From Azolla caroliniana (taxonomy: Eukaryota > Plantae > Polypodiophyta), in the NCBI GenBank assembly GCA_043228905.1, contig JBHGNT010000015.1, forward strand, positions 12,214,001 through 12,278,000: a stretch of 64,000 nt of DNA, given 5' to 3'. Below the pieces are notes generated by a model. That model ran no database searches. It had not been told where the DNA came from and saw only the letters and a list, made by a program, of their open reading frames with translations. Position numbers and translations under genes: made by a program. This document shows positions 27,396-39,550 of the stretch, piece after piece (within the stretch, counting starts at the first letter, position 1; each line of letters starts with the position of its first letter).

Positions 27396-28320
27396 GGTCG
27401 AGATGTGGCATGGCCAAAGGGAGAAAAGTGGGAAAAACAAGGGTTCACTCACATCATTGAATATGTAAATAAGAAACATGAATATAATACATAAGTGTGA
27501 ATGGCCTAGTGGTTAGAGCCATTAAGTTAGGATAATGGGGTGCATAGTTCAAATCTCTGTCAATGTGAATAAAGGTTCACTTATTCCCTTTCTTTTTCGA
27601 AGAAAGAAGAGAACAAATGCATTTAATGCCGAAATAGGCACCTCTTTTTCTCTAAAAAGGGGGGAGAAGAGGGTTTATTTCAGGTCGCCCATTTTGTTGT
27701 TTGAGGGGATCATTAGGGGTTTATCTTCTTTTCTTCTTCTTTTTCTAGAGATCGTCATTTTTGGAGTGAAGGGTGTACTACTAGGGTTTGGCTATTATTA
27801 TTATTCTTGAGAGTTAGGGTTTTCACTTCTCTTTTGTGAGTATCTAGGGTTTCTTCCTCTCTACTCTAAACTTTAGGTCTTGTGGGGGTTTGATTTCTAG
27901 TCTTCTTCTTACTCTGAGAGTTTTAGGGTTTGGGTTTTAGGTTTCCTCTTCGGTTTCTTCTTCGACATTTCAGTGGTTATCTACTTGCGACTATTTTGGA
28001 GGTTCCGTCGTCTTCTCCACGGTGGAGAATGGTATATGTCAGCGATTTTGGGAGAAGGTTGGGCTAACTCGTACCCCAGTTGTTTAAGGGAGGACGTAAT
28101 GGCAAGAGAGCTACTCCGATTCGAGGCAATGTGGTCGTCAAAGGTAGTCATGCTCAGCAGCCCACTATATTCACCTTCACCAGATACTCTTTAGCCCCCC
28201 TTATTGCTTGTTCCGTTGTCGTTTGTGTTTTAATCGAGTGGTCGATTTCATAAAAACCACCGAAATCGTGGTAGTTTGCCCTTAATAGTCGTAATCCTTC
28301 ATTTTGTAAGATATTCTTTG
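27396..28320 (+). mobile_element. 3'-truncated LTR of the same subfamily as 25579-27386, in inverted orientation
   Basis: Starts GGTCGAGATGTGGCATGG after ACGT. 27550-28320 aligns by eye to the reverse complement of about 25855-26555. Confidence 0.72.
27502..27556 (+). promoter_or_regulatory. tRNA-like Pol III internal promoter (A and B boxes) inside an LTR
   Basis: A box TGGCCTAGTGG 27502-27512, B-like AGTTCAAATCT 27546-27556. Homologous copies on minus at 27227-27279 and 26980-27032. Confidence 0.55.
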
Positions 28321-30400
28321 TACATTTTCCCCACATTTTTGTCTTAATCTCGTGTATAACCCCTCAGCAAGCAACCACACCAAGATGCAAAACCCCTCAG
28401 CAAGCAACCCTTATTTACGCGGAACCGACATATCATGCCACCAATGCACCAAGAACAAAATGGTCATAGCCATTGCCATGTCCATATAACTATATGTACT
28501 ATGCAAAGGTTCTTACATGTTTCCCTTGATCAGAATGCTCGTTTCGGAGATGCCCACAAAACTAGCCTAGGTCACATACAATTCTCCGACATCCCTTGCC
28601 AGTGACACAACCTCAACATTTCCCATACAAAAAGCCTTATACAATCATTGTGAGGGACGACCCCAACAGGCTGCTACCCACCACGAACCCATTTTGTGCT
28701 TCCCCTCTTAACCTCTCCACCCTCAATCCATTAACACCACTCACCCGTAGCTTTGCCACCATCTCACAGATCAGAGGTCAGTCGTTGCTGCTGCAGAACA
28801 CAAATCCGCCGCTACAATCTGCAGGTCACACAGATCAGTAATTGCTGCAGACCGTCAGACATAGATTGGCTACAGCAAACCAACGACTGGAAGTTGCAGC
28901 AAGCCGGTCTACAACCCCTCCCCCATCTCTTAGTATATAAAGTGTTAGAGAGAGTATATATTGTTACACTCTTTATTCTCTCTTTCCCTTTGCCCTTCTT
29001 TGCTACCATACCCCATTGGGGGGAGGGTTTAGGCCCTCATGACTCCACCCTTTCAACAGGTTGGAGATGAAATAAGACATTCTCAACTAGACCCCCATAT
29101 GAAAAGGTGTCTTTCCAATACATTACTTATCTTACGTTTGATTATGCAGCAGTATTGGACCTAGCTACATTTTAGCTAGTATTTCCTCATTGTACTACCT
29201 TCGGCATGCAAGCCTTAACTAGATTTGGGAGCTGTTACAGCTCATCGTCTTTTGTTCTACATGATTATATAAGTATCTCGGGTTCTTTGATTGCTATTCA
29301 TCCACATTGTTTCTGAGCATCAACATAATAACACTATTCTTTTTTACTGTTTCTGAGCATCCACATTGTTTGATCAATGCGATCATTCTTGTACTATTTC
29401 TCTTGTGTCATTTCCAATAGTAGATTGTCTCATGGTCGGAATTTCGGCCTTTAATAGATTAAAAATTATTTCTTTCTTTCCCTTGATGCACAAAAAGTAT
29501 CTTCTTTTATTCTATCCCAATCGCATAAATCTGGTTGATTTTCCCTATTTCCACCGTCAAATCTCTCTCCATATCTCCATGTATGCATTATCTTTTTGTT
29601 TCAGAAACCCTGGAGGGTTTACACATACATAAACATGTCTAATATGAGATTAAAAAAAAAAACTTCTTCCTTGGCATGGCTTTTCACACCGTAGCATCAA
29701 AGTCAGAAATCTGGGAAGAACCTAAGTTTGATCCTCACCAAGGGATCATCCCCATCCCATAGATCATATCATTGTCAGGTGGATGTTTAATAATATCTCC
29801 CCCTCTCCCTCATTTCATCTCTCTTTCTCCATCTCCCTCATCCATCACTCTCTCTCCCTCTCCCTCACTCGTCAGTCTTTCCATACACACAGAAATGAGA
29901 ACGATTTACTTTACCTGAATATCGCTGGCGATGTTCACGAGCGCCGTGATGTGCGGGAGAATGCGGAGCTTTGGGACGGATGGCAAAGTGTCGAGAAAGA
30001 AGGGAAACGTAACAAATCCACAGAGAGGCAGATGGAGTTTTGGTTGCTTGAAGAGGAGCAGCCTGCCATAGCCTAGCTTAGGGTAGGGTAGGGTCCACTC
30101 CCTCTCTGGCTACCACATATATGTATGTATGTATGTATGTGTGTGTATCTAAAGAGAGTCCTGTTTTTCTTCTCCTCCTCCTCTTCTCTTTTTGAGGTAC
30201 ACAAACTCTCTAGGTTTTGAGACCTACACCTGGGTCCTGGACCTTCCCCCCTCCTGCCATTTCTGCTTACTTTATACATGACATGTACATAGTTACTCGA
30301 TGACCGGCTAGGGCATCTGCACTTACTTATAGTTAACCAATGGCCGGCAAGTACATACCCTTAGGTCCCATGGACACCGAGAGAGACTGTCGCCTGCCTC

Positions 30401-30919
30401 TACCAATCGGCAACAACTAAACCAAACACCGCGAAACCGCAGCTTAACGGTTTAAGCAGTTCAGTTTCGGGGTTTACCAGTTCGGTTCGAGCCTTTATCG
30501 ATTTAACGGTTTTCAATTTTAAAGGTTTGAAACCGCGGTTCAAACATTTTAAACGGTTTGACGGTTTAGGATTGACACTCGATAATTTTCTTAACTATTT
30601 TTTTGAACATTTTAAGCCTAATTTTGATCTTTTTGAGGAAAATCTTTAAATTTTAATAAAATTGAAATATCCAAAAATTTTAATTTTTTAAAATAAAAAT
30701 GTGAAATTTTGAAATTTGACCTAACGTAAAAACCAAAACCGAACCGCGAAAGCGTGGTTGTAACGGTTTAAAGGTTTGAAAGATTCTAATACCGTTTCGT
30801 TCGAGCTTGAATTTTTTGTAATAGTTCGGTTAAAATAGTTTTGTAGTTTGGTTCAATTCAGTTTTTAACGGTTTGAGTTTGATACTCTCGAACCAAACCA
30901 AACCATTGCTAATTGTTAC
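30401..30919. mobile_element. hAT-type MITE with AACCG-rich subterminal repeats
   Basis: Imperfect TIRs TACCAATCGGCAA / TAACAATTAGCAA, 8-bp TSD CCTGCCTC / CCTACCTC, many AACCG/CGGTT motifs. Confidence 0.72.
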
Positions 30920-32005
30920 CTACCTCATCAAATGTCGATGGCCACTGCTTCCACCCTATTGGCCACAATCATCTCCATCAGCCTAATGTGCATTCCCACA
31001 TGCACATACTTAGAATTTTTTGACCTTCCATTTTCTTGGTAAGAAACGAATTTTGCTCTGTCATTTGCATTCATCATGATTGCTAAATCAGTGACATTGT
31101 GAGCTTTGTCTACGTGATCGTACATCGAACACATTATGTGGTCGAATTCAAAGACGAAAGGTGATGCTTCTACCAATCGTGATGTTTGACCATGGGAGGT
31201 ATTATATCGTTTTCTTTCAAAGGTACATCGGGTATCACAAATGGTAATTTTTGTGGGAGATTTTGACATACGACCTCTCGATGAGCATAAAACCATATAG
31301 TTGACGGCGAATCAAGCTAAAAAAAATGTATTTGCATTCCATTAGGGATTTGGTCATTGTCATGCCTATAACATCTCCAAGAGTTTCGTTGTGTTAGGGA
31401 AAATACCACTTTACCAAGAGCATATTCACAATGCTCGTGATGACAAACTTAAGTTATAAAAAGATTTTATTGTAATCAATGTCAATCTTTACTAGTATAA
31501 CTTCATGCTTATATAGATTTGATTGTAATATGGAACATGAAAGCAATCATTTGTTGGAAATCTCTCACATAGGACAATGCAATATGATGCTAAAATGAAA
31601 ATCAATCGATCAATGAATATGACTCTTTTCTCTTCAATTTTGCCAAAATTATGTAAATGTCTAATAGTATGTTGCAAATCAAACAATCAATAAATATAAC
31701 ACTTTTCTTCGACATGTCAATCGGTGGGGGCATGAGTTAAGGTTAGAAAAAGTCTCTATGTTCTTTGCTAGGAAGTAATGTGACAACATCCCCCTTTGAC
31801 ATACATAGATTGATAATTTCAATTTTGGAGGCAAAGTGGTGGCTACATGCATGAATTTTGCACAAACAAGTTGCTCAAGCATGATGGGGATGTTAATTGG
31901 GGTGTTTACAATCATGATGATTGAGATGTCAAATTGTCTCGAGCCAAAACGAATATATTTATCACATAAAGAGGATGCCTCGTGGGGAAAGGAGAGTGAG
32001 AGACT

Positions 32006-32371
32006 CAGTGTTGTAAGAATACTTAGTATACAATACACATATAATATGTATGCTAAGTATTCTAACTTTAAAAAAAAAACTTAGAATACGTATTTTACAG
32101 ATAAAATACGTATAATATTTAGAATGTGTGTAGAATACTTCAAATACATAGCATACATGTAATAAAATACATAAATACTTCTTAAAATTTCAAAGTTTTC
32201 TTTTTAGAAAAATACTTATTAATTTTTTTTTGAAATGTTAACTACTCATAAATACGTAGAATATATAGAATACGTGAAAAATTATGAAATGCCAGTTCTA
32301 AACATAGAAAACGTGTATTGTAAAACGTATTCTAAACGTAGAATACACATTTTTTCATTTTGAGAACTATG
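32006..32371. mobile_element. Probable MITE remnant (AATACGTA-rich)
   Basis: Weak TIRs CAGTGTT.. / CATAGTT.. and repeated AATACGT motifs. No convincing TSD. Confidence 0.35.
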
Positions 32372-32465
32372 AGAGAGAGAGGGAGGGATGGAGGGGCATC
32401 TCCGAAATTAAGAGAAAACGCAAGGCATATGGAGAAGGGTATCGTTTGGAATTAGGGTAAACACT

Positions 32466-32502
<37 letters not shown>

Positions 32503-33892
32503 GTTGCCGTGTGTTTCGTTGTTGCGCTGCCGCCGTTTGTTGTTGCGCTACCATCTATGGCCGTATTGTCGTGTTGCCATGTTGTTCGGTTGTCGTCGCC
32601 TCTTGCCTCTTGCCTGTGTGTGCGTGCTTTGCGTTCTTGTTACCGTTGTAAAGTGCACATCCATGGTGGAACTTTGAGGTGTGTGCCTCCTTTGGTGGGT
32701 TCTTTCGACGTGCTCGTTGCGTGCTATGTGTGAACCAACAAAATGCCAATGTGAATGTGACGTCCACACAGGCTCGACTAAGTCTCTCACCCATATCTTT
32801 TATCTTTTTTTCTTATTGACACCAAAATGACATCTAAACGAACTAAAGACAATAAGGATATACAAGATGAGGCTATAAGTAAAGAAGACTTTTAGATATG
32901 TTTAATCGTTTAGCAAAAATAGAGAATGATATGAGAAAATGGGTGAAAGACGCCGAAACCCACAAAAAAAAGATAGAGAGGAAAAAGACGCCCTTAAGGC
33001 CGAAATAGAGAAACTTAAAGTGGAAAACACCAACCTTAAGAAACAACTTAATGACATCGAGGTATCTAGGGAAGATGATGAAATATCCTCCATAGAGGAT
33101 ATAAAAGAAGAGATTAAAAAAGTTAAAGAGGAAGTTAAAAATGACTTGGATTTAGCTAAAACGGGTTGGGTAGACGTGGTGAAAAGAAACATTAAAAAAG
33201 AAATAAAAGATAAAAATATTGTTAACACTACCCTTGAAGAAGAGAAAATGTGTCAGCCCCGACGCTTAAATGTACGTTGTCGTGAAGAAAACCGTCCACA
33301 AGCGGAATCGGTGCACAGGAGCATAGGAACCGGCTCTTCTCGAATGTTGTCCATAGAAGATCCTAGGCAGGTAGATTCGGTAGGTAGGAAGAAAAGGGGA
33401 AACGACTCCTTCCTTGCTGATAAAAGGAGGGAGACGAGGCGGGAAAAGGGATCGTGGAGAGTCGAGGACGAAGTGCTGTCGGTTTGCGTGCGAAGGCCTC
33501 TCTCTCTCTCTCTGGTTCGCAGACTCCATAGCTTCCTTCTGTGCAGGTTTCGGGAGGCTCGCGCTGCTCTGAGGAATGCCCGAGTGCTTCCGGCAGCACC
33601 TCCAACCTACTCCTTCCTTTCTGTGCGTTTGCGAACAGGTATCGGCATCTGTTCGTCGGCCTGTTCGGTTGTAACTGACTTCGTGTTTCGTTGTCTGTCT
33701 TTGTTAATACATACATACATTCGTGTCTCTTTGTGTCGCTGTCCCACTCGCGTCTTTTTGTCGAAGGGACGTGTCCCTGTGAATCTACTCTCGCACATAG
33801 TGGGTCTCTTTTCTTTTCTCTCTTGCTCTTTGGTACAGGACCCCCGAGGTCCCGCCTCATTCCACGCATCCGCGAGGAATACCACAACATCT

Positions 33893-33910
33893 TGGTGAAC
33901 CCGACGTGAA
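33893..33910 (+). promoter_or_regulatory. Primer-binding site complementary to the tRNA-Trp 3' end
   Basis: TGGTGAACCCGACGTGAA is the complement of the plant tRNA-Trp end TTCACGTCGGGTTCA-CCA (recalled sequence), 3 nt after the LTR. Same site in G1, G2, G4 and G5. Confidence 0.85.
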
Positions 33911-33932
33911 GGAGGCGGCAGAAGAGCAGAAG

Positions 33933-36056
33933 ATGAAAGGGTCGGATCTTGCAGAGGCCATGGCTTCAGCCGTGGATTGGATACTGAGCGCACGCGAGGG
34001 CTCCGACGCCCTCGACAGAGCCATTGAGGCGGTCGTCGGTACGATCGGCCGGTTCAGCGGAAAGGATGCCACGAAGTATTTGGCGTCCTACGGGGCAGAA
34101 ATGCTGATGCGGGACATTCCGGAAGAGAGGCGTCTTGCCGGGTTTCCTCGAGTGGCGATGCCGAGCATCCATGCGGAGGTGCTCGAGGTGCGGGCGGAGA
34201 GCCGTACCTGGGAGCAGTTCGAAGGCCGACTCCTGGAAAAATACGGGCTGGACGACGCGCTCCGGCTTTCGAAACGAGACTTCATGGAATGGGTGGAGTC
34301 CCTCGGCAAGGGAAGAAACGCGTCGGCACTCCTCCGAGAGTTCGAAGAACGCTTTGTGCGCCTTTCGGCGCTTGACCGAACCGTTCTGGATACGAGCCGG
34401 GTCCTATTGTTCGTCAAGTCGGTGGACGAGCGGGACAGAGATCAAGTCGGCTCCTTGCTGGAAACCGAAGAAGGGTTGACAACCGACTGGGCTGCGGTTA
34501 AGAGAGTCTGTGGCCGTTTCGACAAACGACGAGAATGGGCTGACAACGGGGCGGCCGGTGCGGGCTCTGTCACAACAAGGAGGCTTGAACCGGCACCGCA
34601 AGTGCGAAGGGAAGAAACCCGGGAATGGCTCGAAACCGGTCCGGCTTCGACCGACATGGTCAATGGCTCGTCCGGAGGAGCAGCGCTGGAGGAGTTGACG
34701 CGGGCGATAAAGGATCTCCAGATCGCGCAGACTCGAAGGGAAGGCGGCGAATCGGCTCGTGACCGACGACCGGCGGCGGGGAGCAGGTGCATGTGGTGCG
34801 ACGAGGTCGGCCACATTCGGAAGGACTGCGGCGATTTCGCAGAGGCGTTGAGGAACCGGGTGGTGTACCTGTGGGAAGGCCGGGTGCACGCCGGTGACAC
34901 CAGGAGGGCCCTGAACCGAAACGACGGGCGAGGAGGTATGAAGAGACTGATGGAAGAGGCAGCGGCCCGACACGTAGAGGCCATCCACTACTCGGCGTCG
35001 GCCGGAATTCGGGTCGGGGGCAGCGAGGCCCGAACAGAGGGCAAAGATGGATTCTGGTCGGCAATGCTGGAAGGTCTTGCCGGCGCACAACTAAGGAAAG
35101 ATGAAACGGACCGCGCTGAGAGACGGGTCCGGGAAATAACCGGGTGGAGCGATCCGGTCGAGGAGAAGACGGGCTTCGTAGAAGCTGCCTGCCGGAACTA
35201 CGAGGCTCTGGTAGAAGACAAACGAGTGGGGAAAGCCGGAGCGGCCGGGCCCTCACAACGGTACGAGACCCGATTCATGCAACGACAGAACGATGCCGGC
35301 GGGTCCAGCTCGCAAGATAACCCTAGGAAGGGCGGATACCGACTGGGGACAGAGATAGAAAGGACTACGGACCTACGAAAGGTCCTAGAAGAACGGATCC
35401 TCGACAGCAAAGTGGAGCTGTCATTGCGAGAGGTGTTAGGGATCGCCAAGGAGTTCCACGACTCCATTGTAGACCTGGTGAAACGGAAGAGGCTGTCGAC
35501 GGAGATGGAACCGGAAAGACCGGTAGAGGTGCGGACGACGCACATCGACGACTCGGCGCTGGCAGATGAGTGGGCGGAGAGCCACTATTCGAGGCCACAC
35601 TGGGCCTGAGCGACCACGGAGACCACGGTAAAGATCGGAGATGTTCAGGAACCGGTGGTGGCGTTGGTGGACCACGGTTCGGAAATAAACTTGATGTCCA
35701 TGGACTTCTATAAGAAGGGGAAGTGGCCGATCAACACCAAGCACGGGTGGAAGATACGGGCGGCGACGCGCGCCACCGAGGAACTGCATGGGGCTTGCCC
35801 GAACGTGCGGGTCAAGATCGGTGACGTCGAGATTGACCAGCACTTCTTCGTACAGGAGACGTCTTCGCACCCGGTCATATTAGGTGAACCATACATCACG
35901 GCGGCGCGAATGGAGACCAAGGTGCTAGACAACGGTTCGGCCTACGCAAGGGTCAAAAGCCAGGACGGGCGCCATTCGGTCCAATTTCTGACCGTGAGAC
36001 CGAACCACGAGAGGAACCACGAATCCCTCGGTGGCGAGAACCGAGAGGATTTTTAG
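33933..36056 (+). CDS. gag: G3 gag-protease (one premature TGA at 35607-35609)
   Basis: ORFs 33906-35609 and 35655-36056 share a frame. The TGA replaces the CGA found in G1/G2. CMWCDEVGHIRKDC knuckle and ALVDHGSEINL. Confidence 0.92.
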
Positions 36057-36090
36057 AGAGGGCTGCCAAGGCGTGGGGCCGAGACAGTCC
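36047..36090 (+). promoter_or_regulatory. Predicted -1 ribosomal frameshift signal
   Basis: G GAT TTT (36047-36053) immediately before the gag-pro TAG. pol is open in the -1 frame from here. Potential stem GGGCTG(36060-65)/CAGTCC(36085-90). Conserved in G2 at 9723-9729. Confidence 0.72.
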
Positions 36091-39000
36091 GGACACTCGG
36101 GAAAGACCCCACAACTGTACGATAGAACCGAAACCGAAGAAACCTTGTACGATAGGTAGAAAATTCTGCTTCTCCGGCAACGGAGGGTGTATGATAGTCG
36201 GCATCGTTGGCCGAGAAAGGGCAAGGGCGGAGGAGCGACTTCGAGCGTGCGGAGTTCTCGGCCCGGACGAGGAAATCAGCGAGGCCGTGGAGGCGGTCTC
36301 CTTCGACGACACCTTGGGGATGCTGAGGAAGGTAGCCGGAGAAGACCTTAACGAAGACCGGACGATACCGGTATGTTCCGAAGAGATGTACGAAGTCATC
36401 GCAAACTTCAGTCGGGGGCTCAGGTCGGATCGGACGGCCCGAGTTAGCACGAAGTACAAGTCTGTGGACCGGAAGGTAAGGCCAATCGCGGCACCCTTAC
36501 CGGAGGGCAGTGAGTCCCGAATCAGAGGGGTTGCGTCGGACCCCAGTTTACGAGATTCGGCCTGCATAGGACACACCTTCACCGACGGGACGCTCCGGGA
36601 GCTCAAAATAGGTGGGGGCGGGTTCCTACTGTTGGCGGAGGAAGACCGGTTTCGGAGGATGCTCGGAAGGCACGGGAAAGCCTTCGCATTCTCACCGGAA
36701 GAGATCGGGTGCGTAGACCCGACAATCGTGGAGCCGATGGTGATATTCACGGTACCGCATGTACCGTGGAATCTCAAGCCGATTCCAGTACCGAGAGCTC
36801 ACATCCCGAAGTTGATGGAGCTACTGAGGCAGAAAGTAGATATGGGCATTCTCGAACCGTCGAGCGCGCCATACTCGAACCGATGGTTTACCGTACCAAA
36901 GAAAAACGGAACATTGCGCTTCATTCAGGACCTGCAGCCGGTCAACAGAGTGACCATTCGGAACGCAGGAATCGGACCGACCATAGACGAGTTCGCGGAG
37001 GCCTTCGCCGGAAGGTCGATTTACTCGGTCGGTGATCTGTACTCGGGGTACGACCAGTTCCAGCTAGCCGTGGAGAGCAGAGACATTATGACGATGCGAA
37101 CTCCCCTCGGCCTAGTGCGAATGTGTACCCTGCCACAAGGAGGGACCAACTCGGTGGCCCACATGGTGAATGCAATGAACAAGGTACTGAGGGATTGCAT
37201 CCCGGACATCACCATGCCGTTTCTAGACGACATCCCTATCAAAGGGTGCCCGGTGGAAGAGAAGGACGAGACAGTCGGGCCGGACGGATGCCGACGATTC
37301 GTGGCAACACACATCGACGACTGCGAGAAGGTGCTACAAAGGCTAGAGGATGCAAGGCTCACCTTCTCCGGGGAGAAATCGGCCTTCGGGCAATCGGAAA
37401 TCCTGGTGGTCGGACACCTATGTGGACCATATGGCCGGAAGCCGTCGCTGGCAAAGGTAGAAACCATCTCTGCGATGAAGACCGACTGTAGCTCGGTTAC
37501 GGAAGTTCGGAGGTTCCTGGGGGCGTGCGCATTCTACCACATATGGATCCCGCATTATGCCCACGTTGCGGAGCCGCTATACGGGTTGCTGAAGAAAGGG
37601 CAAAAAATCAAGTGGGGAGACGAGCACACGGAGTCGGTCCGGAAGCTGAAGGAAGCTCTTGCGGCAGCACCGGCGCTCCGGAAGGCTGTCTACGAGAAGG
37701 GTACCCCGGTATACATAACGGTGGATATGAGTCCGACCGGGATCGGATGGGTCGTCAACCAAGAAGACGGGGACGACATTCGGTTCCCGATCCGATTCGG
37801 CGTGAAGGTCCTCAGTGAACGACAACGAGGGTACACCCAGGTTAAACGCGAACTCTGGGGTATCGTTTCGGCAGTGAAGGCCGACAAAGACTACCTGATC
37901 GGGACAGAAGTGGTTATCGAGATGGATTGCCTGCCGATTCTCGGCATGGTTTCCGGATGCGCGACACCGGACCTGGCGATGCTCAGGTGGATAGCATACA
38001 TCAAGTCCCTGAACCCGGAAATACGACACATTTCCGGAAAGGACAACGCCATGGCCGACATGCTTTCGAGGGCGAGGTTTGATGACGAGGACGGCATGGT
38101 TTCGGAGGACGAAGAAGTTGGCGAGGACTTCTTCGAGGCGGCGTACGTGACGACCGATGGGGCGAGCACTCCGGAACTTAACGGCTTCGACGAGAGCAAG
38201 TACGACGGCGAGTGGCTCCAGATCGGTGGGTTTTTGAGGACAATGACGCCGGATGTGTCATGGACGAGGGACGAGGCAAACCGGATCCGGAAGAAAGCAT
38301 ACCGATTCTTTCTCCGGGACGGATACTTATGGAAGCACCCGAAGAAGAGGAACGGCGTCCCGCTCCGGGTGGTGGCGATGAAGGAAGAACAGGAGGAGCT
38401 GCTGACGGCCTACCACGACAGCCCTTGGGCTGGACACCGTGGAACGTGGGCCACGTTCGAGAAGATAAAGGGGAAGTACTGGTGGCCGGGACTGTACCGG
38501 GACGTGCATCGGTTCGTGACAACTTGCGAGAGCTGTCAGAAGCACTCCATAGTCCGACATCGGGACGAGCTTCACCCTACGTACCCTCCGACCATCCACT
38601 TCAAATGGATGGTAGATCTGGTGACGATGCCGATGGGAGTAGGACAGATGCGGTATCTGGTCCTGGCTCGGGAATATCTGACGAACCAGGTAGAAGGCCG
38701 AGCCCTTCAGAACAAAACGACCGCGGCCGTATGTCGGTTCCTGATTGAGGACGTGATATGCCGGTACGGGTGCGTCGGGAAGATCGTGGCTGATCGCGGG
38801 GAGTTGGACGCCGAAGAGGCCGAGGAGCTGTTCGACCGGCTAGGAGTCAAGCTCTCGCTTACCACTGCGTACAATCCAGAGGCGAATGGAAAGGTGGAGC
38901 GCGGACACGGACCGATCGTCAAGGCGTTAGTTCGGGCATGCGGAGGACAAGTCGGGAACTGGCCGCGGCTGCTGCCTTACGTGTTGTGGGCGGACCGAAC

Positions 39001-39550
39001 TACGCACAGTTCGGTAACCGGATTCATGCCGGCAGAGCTCATGTTTGGGCAAAAGCCGATCATGCCGATGGAACGTACGATCTCCTCATGGGCAACCATG
39101 GACTAGAGAGACGAGATGAGCCGGGAGGAACTATTGACGGCGCGCATACGACAGCTCGAGCGAAGACCGGAGGACGTGGAGCAGGCTGCGGAAAGGCTTC
39201 GGGTGGCCAGGACGAGGAACAAAGCCCGGTTCGACCGGACGCACCGGCTCCGACCGAAGAAGATCGAGGAAGGCGACTGGGTGCTAGTCTACGACAGCAG
39301 CCTCGACAACCAGCACCGAGCGACACGGAAGTTCGCAAGAAGGTGGTTCGGGCCTTACGTGGTACAAAGCGCCAACGACAATGGGATGTACCATCTGGCG
39401 GAACTCGACGGCACGAGAATGGCGATACCGGTAGCTGGGAAGCGGATCAAAGCGTTCAAGAAGCGACACGACGACGAGTCGGATCCGGTTAACCTGGACC
39501 GCGACAACGAACGATCCGAAACCGAAGAAGAACCGACGGGCGGGGAATAA
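36047..39550 (+). CDS. pol: G3 pol (RT-RNase H-integrase; one premature TAG at 39104-39106)
   Basis: 971-aa ORF plus in-frame 39116-39550. RT PFLDD, RNase H, HHCC (HDSPWAGH..CESC), D-D-E core and GPY motif. No chromodomain. Confidence 0.95.

Noticed and set aside
25855-28320. Foldback/Mutator element with long TIRs
   Set aside because: The arms carry Gypsy-group LTR termini at their inner ends, are quite diverged, and I found no outer TSD.
28330-29050. Possible further LTR fragment ending TTCAACA at about 29048
   Set aside because: Only one terminus is visible, with no TSD, PBS or coding support.
30928-32084. Short ORFs as transposase or host-gene remnants
   Set aside because: No motif I can recognise in any frame. 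A translated homology search is needed.
33274-33281. Alternative model: element ends TTGT..ACAA with a 2-bp CG TSD
   Set aside because: Not distinguishable at palindromic sites, but the inner LTR borders read A|TGT and ACA|T, so the extra T/A is not element-templated. Disfavoured, not excluded: the GCGT/ACAC flanks of 25579-27386 fit it better.
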